From positions 37,659 to 101,658 of the forward strand of contig CAYLHJ010000001.1 of NCBI GenBank assembly GCA_964383705.1: 64,000 bases of DNA. The letters are read 5' to 3'. Under the pieces are notes generated by a model. It saw nothing but the letters and a program-made list of their open reading frames with translations. It made no database searches and was not told the DNA's origin. Below are positions 10,452-19,814 of the stretch, in pieces; positions within the stretch are counted from its first letter, which is position 1; the number at the start of each line of letters is the position of its first letter. This stretch comes from an uncultured Candidatus Saccharibacteria bacterium. GTDB taxonomy: Bacteria; Patescibacteriota; Minisyncoccia; Phycocordibacterales; Zambryskibacteraceae. Both the position numbers and the translations under genes were made by a program.

Positions 10452-11624
10452 TTATCGGACCAATTTTTCTTCCGCCAGTCTATCTACCATTTCAAGCAAC
10501 ACAGTGCCGTTTGTGGTCAAGAGAAGCGTGTTTTTGTCTAGAAATGAATAAAGTAGCACCGTTTCTCCATTAATATTTTTTAATACTCGAGCATCTTTAT
10601 TTCGGTAGGTTTCATCTTCAAATTCTGAGTTTATATCTAAGTCGTAGTTCATTATTCTTGTTACATTTTCCGTGGTTGTTGCCGAGCTTGTTGCCATACC
10701 AGTGAAAGATGAATTTGTATCATCATTTTTTTCGGTTATGGCTATTGTTCTTTTTGAAAAAATTGACCCTACATCTTTGTTAATATTTTCTTCCCACTTA
10801 AACATTTCATTGTAAGCATTTTCAAATGATTCTATCTCTATGATTAAAAACGGCTCGTTACCTTCTAATTTATAAAATCCAAACATGAAATCTTTTCCAA
10901 AGGATCTTAAAAGAGCTGGTGGAGCTGAATGTTCAAGCAAAGCAAAAAATTCTTCAGTTGAGATAAATCGCGTTTGTCCCTCCATGAGATCTTCTATAAG
11001 TGCGGTATAAAGAATTTCATCTCGATTTATTGATTCATTACGACGCTCTTTATCAAAAAATTCAAGCAATTTTTCTTTCGAGAGTGAATTTATTGGTATA
11101 GCTATAATTTGATCGTAACCTATAATTGTCTGAACCTTATTTCTACGTTCTTCTTGGGAGGCGGGTGTTTTTTGGAAAAAATAGAACGCGAATATTGTAC
11201 CGAGGCCAAGTATAATAAATATTATACTTAAGACGATAGCCAGAGTATTATTTGTTTTAGATTTATTCTCTGTTGATTTTGGTTCTTTCTCCCTTTTTCT
11301 TTTTTGTTCAGCTACAGCAATTGTGATAACAGAAGTATTTTGTTTTTTTATTGCATCAGCCACATCACCTTGCAGGGTGCGCAGATTTTTAATTTGAATT
11401 TCTTTTTTTGCTGGTAGATTTTCTGGATTTATGACGACTTTTTCCGTTAGTTTTCTATCTGATTCGGCGTTATTAGGGGTATTTTTACTTGTCGAGTTGC
11501 CATTGATGCGGGCAAAAATCTCATCCTGCTTTTTTTGCTGGTTTGAGCTTTCGTCAGAGATTTTTTTTTGAATCTCTTCTATCTTATCGTCTGCTAATCC
11601 TCCGCTTAACGTTTCGTCAGGCAT
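10452..11624 (-). CDS. Hypothetical single-TM protein
   Basis: 390-aa ORF, LRTLQGDVADAIK motif, one TM helix. Confidence 0.7.
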   Translation of the reverse strand: MPDETLSGGLADDKIEEIQKKISDESSNQQKKQDEIFARINGNSTSKNTPNNAESDRKLTEKVVINPENLPAKKEIQIKNLRTLQGDVADAIKKQNTSVITIAVAEQKRKREKEPKSTENKSKTNNTLAIVLSIIFIILGLGTIFAFYFFQKTPASQEERRNKVQTIIGYDQIIAIPINSLSKEKLLEFFDKERRNESINRDEILYTALIEDLMEGQTRFISTEEFFALLEHSAPPALLRSFGKDFMFGFYKLEGNEPFLIIEIESFENAYNEMFKWEENINKDVGSIFSKRTIAITEKNDDTNSSFTGMATSSATTTENVTRIMNYDLDINSEFEDETYRNKDARVLKNINGETVLLYSFLDKNTLLLTTNGTVLLEMVDRLAEEKLVR

Positions 11625-11679
11625 TGATTTTGTGAATTATGCTTATTCTTTGGGTTATTGTACCACAATTGTTATTTTT

Positions 11680-11719
11680 GCTGATTAAAAAACCCCAGAT
11701 CTGGGGTTTTTTAATCAGC
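11680..11719. terminator. Perfect 40-bp palindrome / terminator overlapping the NYN gene stop
   Basis: GCTGATTAAAAAACCCCAGA|TCTGGGGTTTTTTAATCAGC. Confidence 0.7.
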
Positions 11720-12247
11720 TTGTTTGCCACGTTTTTGTCCTTTCATAATCAGATATTTTTTTGGATTCAAATCGAGATCTAAAAAATCGTCCACGCATTC
11801 AATAAGTCGACTAGATGCTGATTTCCCAAAGGCGGCAATCTCAACCTGACAGCCATAGGTATTTTTTAGGTATTCGACAAGCGGGACAAAGTCTCCGTCA
11901 CCAGAAAGTAGAATGACTGTATCTAATTTGTGGGCCATTTTTACTGCATCAATTGCAATACCAACGTCCCAGTCCCCCTTTTTTGCGCCACCAAAAAATA
12001 TTTGAAGATTTTTTGTTTTTGTTTCTATTCCTGCTTTTTCTAAAGCATCAAAAAAACTTTTTTCCTCTCCAGATTCAGTGGTTATAACATAAGCAATTGC
12101 TCGTATGAGAGATCTGCCTGCGAGCATGTCTTTAACAACCTGACCAAAGTTCACCTTTCCATGGTAGAGATTTTTTGCGCTGTGATAGAGATTTTGAGTA
12201 TCAATGAAAACTCCTACTCGCTGATCTTTTTGTTTAATTATTGCCAT
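11711..12247 (-). CDS. NYN/LabA (DUF88) domain PIN-like protein
   Basis: VFIDTQNL, KGDWDVGIAID, SGDGDFVPL. Confidence 0.9.
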   Translation of the reverse strand: MAIIKQKDQRVGVFIDTQNLYHSAKNLYHGKVNFGQVVKDMLAGRSLIRAIAYVITTESGEEKSFFDALEKAGIETKTKNLQIFFGGAKKGDWDVGIAIDAVKMAHKLDTVILLSGDGDFVPLVEYLKNTYGCQVEIAAFGKSASSRLIECVDDFLDLDLNPKKYLIMKGQKRGKQAD

Positions 12248-12289
12248 AAATCAAGTCTTTTGAGGACTTAGTCAAGATAACGGTGCTTT

Positions 12290-12565
12290 CTATATAACTT
12301 TCTTTTTTAGATTAAGCTTTTTCATTAAAACCTCAAACCTTTTTGGGCTCTTTTTTTGAAGGTAATTCATGTGTGCCTGTCGATTTGAAACCATGCTCAA
12401 GAGCCCCTTGCGCGAATGGTTGTCTTTCTGATTCTTCTTTAAATGGTGGGCCAATTCCTCAATTTGTTTGCTCAATATTGAAATCTGGACCTCAGGTGAA
12501 CCAGTATCAGTATCGTGAATTTTAGCCTCCTTTATAATTTTTTGTTTTTTTGTCTTTGCTATCAT
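12290..12565 (-). CDS. rpsO: 30S ribosomal protein S15
   Basis: DTGSPEVQI, HLKKNQKDNHSRKGL. Confidence 0.95.
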   Translation of the reverse strand: MIAKTKKQKIIKEAKIHDTDTGSPEVQISILSKQIEELAHHLKKNQKDNHSRKGLLSMVSNRQAHMNYLQKKSPKRFEVLMKKLNLKKKVI

Positions 12566-12664
12566 TAAGGCCAAGATTAACACAAAACCCTTATTTTTGC
12601 AAGTATTTCATCTCTTTGGAAAAAACACCCATAACTTGATATGATTATTGTGCGACATTAAATC

Positions 12665-13579
12665 ATGGACTTAAAAACCTTAAAACGCGAATTCTTTGAG
12701 CATCTTGAAATTGAGAAAGGCAGAAGTTTAAAGACTATTGAAAATTATGAGAGATATATTGATACCTTTCTTGCTTTTTCAAAGATAAATTTGCCAAAGC
12801 AGATAACAGATTCTCTTATTAGGGAGTATCGCTTGTGGCTTAATCGAAAAGATTTGGGGAATTTAAAGACAGGCAGTAAAGAAAATCTAAAAAAAAAGAC
12901 CCAAAATTATTATCTTATTGCCTTACGAGCTTTTCTTAAGTACTTGAGAAAAAGAGAGATTTCTTCCCTATCACCAGAGAGAATAGAGTTGGCAAAGATC
13001 CCCGAACGCTCTATTGATCTTATTACAACAGATGAATTATCTCGTCTTTTGATGGCAGCCAATGGCGATAATATTAAATCTTTGCGCGATAGAGCCATTT
13101 TAGAGCTATTTTTTTCTACTGGATTAAGAGTTTCTGAACTTTGTTCTCTTAATCGTGACATTGATTTAACTCGGAGTGAATTCTCAGTTCGAGGTAAGGG
13201 TGATAAGGTTCGAGTTGTATTCCTTTCTGATAAATCAAAAATATCACTTAGAAATTACTTAAATAAGCGCAAAGATATGGATGATGCTCTTTTTGTAAGC
13301 CTAAAAAAGGGGGGCGAAACCAAAAGGCTTACTTCGAGATCTATGGAGAGGATTGTAAAATATTATGCTATCAAGGCCGGTATATCTAAGAAAGTTACGC
13401 CACATGTTATTCGTCACAGTTTTGCAACTGATTTGTTGCAAAATGGGGCGGACGTTAGATCAGTCCAAATGTTATTGGGCCATGCAAATATAGGTACAAC
13501 TCAGATTTACACGCATTTAACTGATAAGCATTTACAGGATATTCACAAAAAGTTTCATAATCGCAGAAATTCAAATTAA
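12665..13579 (+). CDS. XerC/XerD-like tyrosine recombinase
   Basis: TGLRVSEL, GKGDKVR, HVIRHSFAT, LGHANIGTTQIY. Confidence 0.9.
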   Translation: MDLKTLKREFFEHLEIEKGRSLKTIENYERYIDTFLAFSKINLPKQITDSLIREYRLWLNRKDLGNLKTGSKENLKKKTQNYYLIALRAFLKYLRKREISSLSPERIELAKIPERSIDLITTDELSRLLMAANGDNIKSLRDRAILELFFSTGLRVSELCSLNRDIDLTRSEFSVRGKGDKVRVVFLSDKSKISLRNYLNKRKDMDDALFVSLKKGGETKRLTSRSMERIVKYYAIKAGISKKVTPHVIRHSFATDLLQNGADVRSVQMLLGHANIGTTQIYTHLTDKHLQDIHKKFHNRRNSN

Positions 13580-13581
13580 AA

Positions 13582-14346
13582 ATGAAAATTATTTCATGGA
13601 ACGTAAATGGGCTTCGTGCGGTTTATAAAAAGGGTAATTTTGAAGGCATTCTTTCTTCTGAAAATGACATAGTCTGTCTTCAGGAGACAAAATCATTACC
13701 AGATCAACTTCCTCAGGAGTTACAGAATCCAGTTGGCTTCTATGCTTATTTTAATTACCCTAAATTCAAGAAAGGATATAGTGGAGTTGCAATTTTTAGT
13801 AAATCGAAACCCATCGATGTGCTCTATGGAATGAAACGTGGAGAAAGAGATTTGGAAGGTAGGATTATTGGGGCTGAATTTCCAGATTTCTATCTTTTAA
13901 ACGTATACTTTCCCAATGGCGGTGGGGGCCCAGAACGCTTGGCTTATAAATTATCTTTTTATGATGAATTTATTTTTTTTATTGAAGATTTAAGAAAGAA
14001 AAAACCAGTGATATTTTGTGGAGATGTTAACACTGCTCATAAGGAGATTGACCTCGCTCGACCAAAAGAGAATGAAAAAAATACCGGTTTTTTACCTGAA
14101 GAGAGGGCTTGGATAGATAAACTGATAGGGCTTGGCTACGTAGATGTGTTCAGGTTTTTTAATCCAGACCTTATTGGGGCATATACTTATTGGGATATGA
14201 AAACATACGCCCGAGACAGAAATGTTGGTTGGAGAATTGACTATTTTTTTGCTTCAACTGAATTAATTTCACGCATCAATAACACCCTCATAAGAGATGA
14301 TATTTTTGGCTCTGATCACTGCCCAATTACGATGGATATCGTATAG
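13582..14346 (+). CDS. xth: Exodeoxyribonuclease III
   Basis: SWNVNGLRA, LQETK, GDVN, GWRIDY, SDHCP. Confidence 0.95.
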   Translation: MKIISWNVNGLRAVYKKGNFEGILSSENDIVCLQETKSLPDQLPQELQNPVGFYAYFNYPKFKKGYSGVAIFSKSKPIDVLYGMKRGERDLEGRIIGAEFPDFYLLNVYFPNGGGGPERLAYKLSFYDEFIFFIEDLRKKKPVIFCGDVNTAHKEIDLARPKENEKNTGFLPEERAWIDKLIGLGYVDVFRFFNPDLIGAYTYWDMKTYARDRNVGWRIDYFFASTELISRINNTLIRDDIFGSDHCPITMDIV

Positions 14347-14370
14347 GTTAATGGCTTTTATATAATTTAA

Positions 14371-14379
14371 TTATCCACA
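14371..14379 (+). promoter_or_regulatory. Perfect DnaA box
   Basis: TTATCCACA. Confidence 0.55.
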
Positions 14380-14418
14380 GATATTTTATTATGTCCTTTA
14401 TACATGCTATAATCTCTG

Positions 14419-14632
14419 AGGACGTAGTGGCAATTGTTCAAGGACAAGAACCATCACATTAGTTCTTTGTGAGAGCGCTCTCGAAAGGTTAGCTTGGTTT
14501 GGGTTCGTCTAGAGATACGATATATCACCAATCTTTTTTCTTCGGATATTCGTCTAGCGATGTCCTTTACTGAGTGACTCTTTCACCGTTTGTAGAAACC
14601 ACGTAGTGACCGCAACCACTTCGTGGTTTTTT
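14419..14632 (+). ncRNA. Candidate non-coding transcript (or decayed small gene)
   Basis: TGcTATAAT at 14405-14413, no ORF longer than a few codons from the SD-like start, internal stem-loop, terminator at 14596-14632. Confidence 0.35.
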
Positions 14633-14635
14633 GTT
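14596..14635 (+). terminator. Intrinsic terminator
   Basis: AAACCACG...CGTGGTTTTTT. Confidence 0.65.
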
Positions 14636-14636
14636 T

Positions 14637-16109
14637 TTAATTAACTGAGTATTTTTTTCTTATTTGCTTTAAAGATCTTTCCTCCTCCTCCTCTTTTTTC
14701 CGCTTTCCTTTCTCCCCCATTTCTTTTAGTTTGTTTTCAGGGAGTATGGCAAGCTCGGCTGCTCTTTTTTTGAGAATATCTTTAGTGTTTAAAGCTGGAT
14801 TTTCGAGAGTTTCTTCAAGCAAAGCATGTAAGATATGGCCTATTTTTGGACTTGGGGGTAATTTCGTAGCTTCCATAATTCCTTTCCCATCAATCGCGAG
14901 CATTCCTACGGAAACAGGGTCACGTATAACTTCTTCTAGCATCGCTTTATACTTTCGAAGTCTGTAGGGGTTTTCTTTCGGTCTGCCTGTTCCTATTCGG
15001 TCACAGACTCTTATATTCATTAGATCCCAAACGAGCTCTTTTCCGACATTTCCCAATAGCCTTCTTACTGCAGAATGGCTAATTTGTTCGGTATCAGAGA
15101 AAAACATATGCCACCGTACTAATTTTTCCACATTTTCAGTTATTTCTTTAGGGAATCTTAATTCTTTCATTATTTTTTTTGTCATTTTCCCACCTATTAC
15201 TTCATGACCATAGAATGTCCACTCTTTTTTATCTTCTGACCAACGCCTTGTTGCCGGCTTAGCAATGTCGTGGAACAAGGCAGCTAGTCTTATATGCAAC
15301 GGCCAACTTTTATCACTTGCCGCTTGGAGAGATTTCAAAATATGCATCCAGACATCAAAAACGTGCGCTTTATTTTGTTTTACTCCAATGCCGTGTTCAA
15401 GTTCGGGTACAATAAATCTTAAAATGTTAAGCTTTTGAGCCATTATTAAACCATCCATAGGGTTTGGAGACATAATGATCTTTATAAATTCATCTCTTAT
15501 TCTTTCTTTAGCTATTTTGGTCAATAAGGTCGCAGAATCTTTAATGGCCTTCTCTGTATTCTTCTCTATAGAAAAGCCAAGTTCTGCTTGAAGCCGTACT
15601 GCTCGTATAATACGCAAAGCATCTTCCTTAAATCTTTCACTTGGCTCCCCTACCGCCCTAATAATTCCTTTCTGAATATCAGATCTTCCCTCAAATGGAT
15701 CAACAACATCATTTTCTTCAATATCAAGAGCAATTGCATTAATTGTGAAATCACGTCTTTTTAAATCTTCCTCAAGAGTGGCATTAAATGAGACAAAGTC
15801 TGGCCTTCTGTTGTCGGTGTACTTTCCTTCTGTTCTATATGGCGTAACCTCTATGATTTTTAAGGTATCATCATTAGTTTCTGGGCTCACAACCCCAACA
15901 GTTCCATAATCATTCTCATAAAAAGTTTTTTCAAACATGGATACTATCTCATCTGGCTTGGCATTGGTCGTTACGTCCCAATCTCTTGGTTTTTTGCCCA
16001 AAAACAAGTCTCTAACGCAACCACCGATAAGATAGGCCTGAAAACCTGACTTTTTTAGAGTTTTTGTTATTCGTGAAACATCATCTGGAATAGAAAAATG
16101 TTTATTCAT
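14637..16109 (-). CDS. cca: CCA tRNA nucleotidyltransferase with HD domain
   Basis: GGCVRD, DWDVTT, RRDFTINA, EDALR, FHDIAKP. Confidence 0.9.
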   Translation of the reverse strand: MNKHFSIPDDVSRITKTLKKSGFQAYLIGGCVRDLFLGKKPRDWDVTTNAKPDEIVSMFEKTFYENDYGTVGVVSPETNDDTLKIIEVTPYRTEGKYTDNRRPDFVSFNATLEEDLKRRDFTINAIALDIEENDVVDPFEGRSDIQKGIIRAVGEPSERFKEDALRIIRAVRLQAELGFSIEKNTEKAIKDSATLLTKIAKERIRDEFIKIIMSPNPMDGLIMAQKLNILRFIVPELEHGIGVKQNKAHVFDVWMHILKSLQAASDKSWPLHIRLAALFHDIAKPATRRWSEDKKEWTFYGHEVIGGKMTKKIMKELRFPKEITENVEKLVRWHMFFSDTEQISHSAVRRLLGNVGKELVWDLMNIRVCDRIGTGRPKENPYRLRKYKAMLEEVIRDPVSVGMLAIDGKGIMEATKLPPSPKIGHILHALLEETLENPALNTKDILKKRAAELAILPENKLKEMGEKGKRKKEEEEERSLKQIRKKYSVN

Positions 16110-16200
16110 ATTTAACTATTCTATCATTCTTAACCATATCTCATAATTTATGGCTTATAATTTGAACAATTTTCATAACAGGGTATGATTGTGTATACTT

Positions 16201-16275
16201 GCACCCGTGGTGAAATGGATATCACAACGGTCTTCGGAACCGTTATTGTGGGTTCGAATCCTGCCGGGTGCACCA
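16201..16275 (+). tRNA. tRNA-Arg(TCG), CCA encoded
   Basis: GCACCCG/CGGGTGC acceptor stem, anticodon loop CTTCGGA, GTTCGAATC T-loop. Confidence 0.93.
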
Positions 16276-16276
16276 T

Positions 16277-16347
16277 GCGGGTATGGTTTAGTGGTAGAAT
16301 GACTGCCTTCCAAGCAGTAGACGGGAGTTCGATTCTCCCTACCCGCA
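16277..16347 (+). tRNA. tRNA-Gly(TCC)
   Basis: GCGGGTA/TACCCGC stem, loop CTTCCAA, GTTCGATTC. Confidence 0.93.
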
Positions 16348-16586
16348 CAATAATAATAAATCTTCATTCTTATGACCTATGAAGGTCCTTTAAGAGTAAA
16401 AAACACGCTAACAGTATTTTGTAAAAAACGTTGTTAATAAAGGGGAATTTGACCATAAAAATACAAAAAGTTAAGAAAATGGGGATAATCCTGTGGAATA
16501 TGTGTATTAAAGACAGTCTTTTAGCCTATTTTATAGGACTAAAGCATCTTATTTTGGCTTAAAATAAGGATTCATTACATAGTGAA

Positions 16587-16602
16587 TGTTTCACGTGAAA
16601 CA
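16587..16602. promoter_or_regulatory. parS centromere site (perfect consensus)
   Basis: TGTTTCACGTGAAACA; degenerate copies at 16065-16080, 16613-16628, 16830-16845. Confidence 0.85.
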
Positions 16603-16638
16603 TAAACAAATTTGTTATTTATGAAACAATGAATATTA

Positions 16639-17031
16639 ATGAAAACTCTAAAAAGAGCTATTGGCGACTTGGGAGAGGAGATTTCCTGTAAGTTTCTCAT
16701 GAAACATGGTTTTACGATCCGTGAGAGGAATTATCTAAAACCGTGGGGTGAGATAGATATCATTTGCTCAAAAGATAATGTAATTCATTTTGTTGAGGTT
16801 AAATCTGTAGTTTGTGATGTAAATCAATTTGTTACTCATGAAACTAAAAAAGGATACAGGCCAGAGGAAAACATCCATCAGGCCAAATTAAAAAGACTCT
16901 CAAGAGTAATTCAGACTTATTTGATGGAAAAAAATGAGGAGAGTGATTGGCGATTTGATGTTTTAGCTGTATTTATTGAAAAAGACTTAAAAAGGGCAAA
17001 AGTCAGATTTATAAGTGATGTTGTCCTTTAG
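16639..17031 (+). CDS. yraN: YraN family PD-(D/E)XK nuclease
   Basis: GDLGEE, RERNY, GEIDII, FVEVK, WRFDV. Confidence 0.9.
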   Translation: MKTLKRAIGDLGEEISCKFLMKHGFTIRERNYLKPWGEIDIICSKDNVIHFVEVKSVVCDVNQFVTHETKKGYRPEENIHQAKLKRLSRVIQTYLMEKNEESDWRFDVLAVFIEKDLKRAKVRFISDVVL

Positions 17032-17083
17032 CCTCAGTATTCGCTGTTTTTTTTCACGCATGATAGTATGGGAAAGTTATATT

Positions 17084-17156
17084 CGGGGCGTGGTGTAACG
17101 GCTAACATGTCTGTTTTGGGAACAGATGACTCCGGGTTCGAATCCCGGCGCCCCGA
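17084..17156 (+). tRNA. tRNA-Pro(TGG)
   Basis: CGGGGCG/CGCCCCG stem, loop TTTGGGA, GTTCGAATC. Confidence 0.93.
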
Positions 17157-17219
17157 CAATCATTACCTGATAGATTGCATTCAGGGCTATTTTAGAAGAT
17201 ATATTTGATAACAGTAAAT

Positions 17220-17528
17220 ATGTTCAAAAAGAAGATTGAAGATTTTATCTGTGAATACTGTGGTAAAAAAAACACCGGATCAGGTTTTACTAACCATTGC
17301 TCACAGTGTTTGTGGAGTAAACACGTTGATATTGATCCTGGAGACAGGGAAGGGAATTGCGGTGGCTTGATGGAACCAATTGATGTGGAAAAACATGGAA
17401 ATGACTACAGAATAGTGCATAAATGTCTAAAATGTGGTTTTTTGAGACCAAATCCTGTTACAAAGCAAGATGATTTTAATGCCGTTCTTGCTGTATCTCA
17501 AAAGGCGGCTGAAAAAAAGGATGTTTAA
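17220..17528 (+). CDS. RNHCP domain Zn-binding protein
   Basis: FICEYCG...TNHCSQCLWSKHVD..PGDR...CGGLM..HKCLKCG. Confidence 0.85.
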   Translation: MFKKKIEDFICEYCGKKNTGSGFTNHCSQCLWSKHVDIDPGDREGNCGGLMEPIDVEKHGNDYRIVHKCLKCGFLRPNPVTKQDDFNAVLAVSQKAAEKKDV

Positions 17529-17580
17529 TTGCGATAGGGAGGTCAATTTGTTAGTATAATTTTCACTGCTTCATCGAATT

Positions 17581-17651
17581 GCGGCTATGGTTTAGTGGTA
17601 GAATGCGTCCTTGCCAAGGACGAGACGGGAGTTCGATTCTCCCTAGCCGCA
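17581..17651 (+). tRNA. tRNA-Gly(GCC)
   Basis: GCGGCTA/TAGCCGC stem, loop TTGCCAA. Confidence 0.93.
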
Positions 17652-17796
17652 CCGTTTAAATATATATAGTTGTATTGTTTTCGTGATTCCAGGCATTTGT
17701 AATAGAATAGGCGGATCCAGAAGATTATCTTCCTGATTGGACTGATGATCGCCCCCACGGCCGTGTGCCTGTCCGTTGGGTCTTTAAAACTAAAAC

Positions 17797-17823
17797 AAAA
17801 AACCGCATAAAGCGGTTTTTTGT
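17797..17823. terminator. Bidirectional terminator
   Basis: AAAAAACCGC-ATAAA-GCGGTTTTTT. Confidence 0.75.
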
Positions 17824-17843
17824 TAAGAAAAACAGAATTTCTC

Positions 17844-18116
17844 TTATTTTACAGCATCTTTTAATGCTTTTGCTGCTCGAAACTTCGGAACTCTCATTGA
17901 GCTAACCTGGATAGTTTCACCTGTTCTTGGATTTCGTGCTTGTCGTGCAGCACGGACCTTTGTTGAAAAGATGCCAAGGCCGGCAATTGAAACTTCTCCA
18001 CCTTTTTTTAGTGTAGAAACTAGGGTTTCAATCATGGTTTCAACTGCTTGCTCGGCCTGAACTTTTGTTCCGCCGATCTTTGCATGAACCGCTTCCACAA
18101 TTCCTTGTTTGTTCAT
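17844..18116 (-). CDS. hup: HU DNA-binding protein
   Basis: MNKQGIV, GLGIF, RNPRTGETI, PKFRAAKALKDAVK. Confidence 0.95.
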   Translation of the reverse strand: MNKQGIVEAVHAKIGGTKVQAEQAVETMIETLVSTLKKGGEVSIAGLGIFSTKVRAARQARNPRTGETIQVSSMRVPKFRAAKALKDAVK

Positions 18117-18282
18117 AATGTATGAATAAAATAATATGCGATGAATAATATCGACGCCTTTCGTTATTCCTTATCTAGCGAAACTACAGCTTCAGCTAGC
18201 TCAAAGGTATAGAAACATTATATAGTAAGCCATCTTTTCCGCAAGAAACATTTTTTTCTAAAAAATAGTAACACAAATCATT

Positions 18283-19812
18283 CTATCTGGCAAATTCGAT
18301 AATCCTAGATTCTCTTATTATGGTTACCTTTATTTCTCCAGGGTATTTTAATTCATTTTCTATCTTGGTTGCTATGTCTCGGGCTAGTTTTTTGGCTTCT
18401 AAATCAGAGACTTCATTTGGTGTAACGAACACTCTGACCTCTCTGCCGGCTTGCAAAGCATATGATTTTTCAACTCCAGGGAAGTCTGTGGCGATAGCTT
18501 CAAGTTCCTTGAGGCGTTTTAAGTAGTTTTCAACGGTATCTCTTCGCGCCCCCGGTCTGCCACCAGAGATTGCGTCGGCAGTTTGGACGATAATTGATTC
18601 AATCGTCTCATACGGATATTCTCCGTGGTGAGCCTGCATGCCCTTTATAATTTCTTCGCTTGCTCCAAATTTCTGAAGTATCCTTCTGCCAATTTCAACA
18701 TGAGTACCAACAACTTCGTGGTCCACAGCTTTACCAATGTCATGAAGCAGGGCGGCCGCTTTGGCAACAGATACATTGGCGCCAAGTTCCTCTGCGAGCA
18801 TTCTGGCAATATGTGCCATCTCAATTGAGTGTTGAAGTACATTTTGTCCATAACTTGTTCTGAAATGTAGCCTCCCCAGGATTGCAATAATTCTCGGGTC
18901 AAGATTATAGACTCCACACTCATAAACTGCTTGGTCACCCTTTTCTTTTATAATTTTGTTTATTTCAAGTTTTGCTTTTTCGACACTTTCTTCAATTTTG
19001 GCAGGTTGAATTCTGCCGTCGGCTATGAGGTTTTCAAGGGCAACCCTGGCAACTTGTCTTCTAACCGGGTCAAAAGACGATAGGGTGATAGATCCCGGGG
19101 TGTCATCGACAATTACTTCAACACCAGTGGTTCGTTCAAAAGCCTTGATATTTCTACCTTCTTTTCCTATGATCTTTCCTTTGACCTCGTCTGATGGAAT
19201 ATTGACTGTTGTTGTCATAATTTCAGAAGGAACGGCGCTAGCAAGGCGTTGAATTGTTAAAGCTAAAATATTTTTTGCTTTTTCTTCAATTTTTTCATTT
19301 CCCATCATTTCAAGCTTTTGTACACGCGCAATCAAATCTTCTTCCGATTGTTTCTCGACAATTTTCAAAAGTTCTTCACGGGCTTCTTCTTTGCCCATGT
19401 GAGATATCTTTTCGAGAGAGTTTTCTTTCTCAATTGCCAGAGCATCAACTTTTTCCTTAATTGTTTTTACTTCGGCGATGCGAGTCTTTAGTTCTTCGGC
19501 CTCTTTATCAATATCAAGTTGTCTAGTATCAAGAAAATCCTCCTTTTTTATCAGGCGCTCTTCTGTTTTTTTAATTTTTTCTTCCCTCTCTTTTATTTCT
19601 GCCCGTGCGGATTTTATTGTTTCCTCGGCTTTTTTCTCTGCTTCAGTTGTGACTCTTTTTGCTTCTTCTCTGGCCTCGAGCATCATCTGCTTGATATCAA
19701 GTTCCATAGAACCCTTTTTCCCAAGTGAAATAATCCAACGAAGGAAATAACCAAATGCAATGCCTGAAGACGCCGCAAGCGTTACTAAGAGTAGGACAAT
19801 CTTTAATGACAT
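18283..19812 (-). CDS. rny: Ribonuclease Y
   Basis: N-terminal TM, coiled coil, KH (KGKIIGKEGRNI), HD (LLHDIGK). Confidence 0.95.
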   Translation of the reverse strand: MSLKIVLLLVTLAASSGIAFGYFLRWIISLGKKGSMELDIKQMMLEAREEAKRVTTEAEKKAEETIKSARAEIKEREEKIKKTEERLIKKEDFLDTRQLDIDKEAEELKTRIAEVKTIKEKVDALAIEKENSLEKISHMGKEEAREELLKIVEKQSEEDLIARVQKLEMMGNEKIEEKAKNILALTIQRLASAVPSEIMTTTVNIPSDEVKGKIIGKEGRNIKAFERTTGVEVIVDDTPGSITLSSFDPVRRQVARVALENLIADGRIQPAKIEESVEKAKLEINKIIKEKGDQAVYECGVYNLDPRIIAILGRLHFRTSYGQNVLQHSIEMAHIARMLAEELGANVSVAKAAALLHDIGKAVDHEVVGTHVEIGRRILQKFGASEEIIKGMQAHHGEYPYETIESIIVQTADAISGGRPGARRDTVENYLKRLKELEAIATDFPGVEKSYALQAGREVRVFVTPNEVSDLEAKKLARDIATKIENELKYPGEIKVTIIRESRIIEFAR

Positions 19813-19814
19813 GT

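Noticed and set aside
12665-13579. Tyrosine recombinase as prophage or integron integrase
   Set aside because: Host-like composition, abuts xth, no phage genes or att duplication; I found no convincing dif site either
16148-16382. Three short ORFs in the ORF track
   Set aside because: They overlap the tRNA-Arg and tRNA-Gly genes and are shadow ORFs
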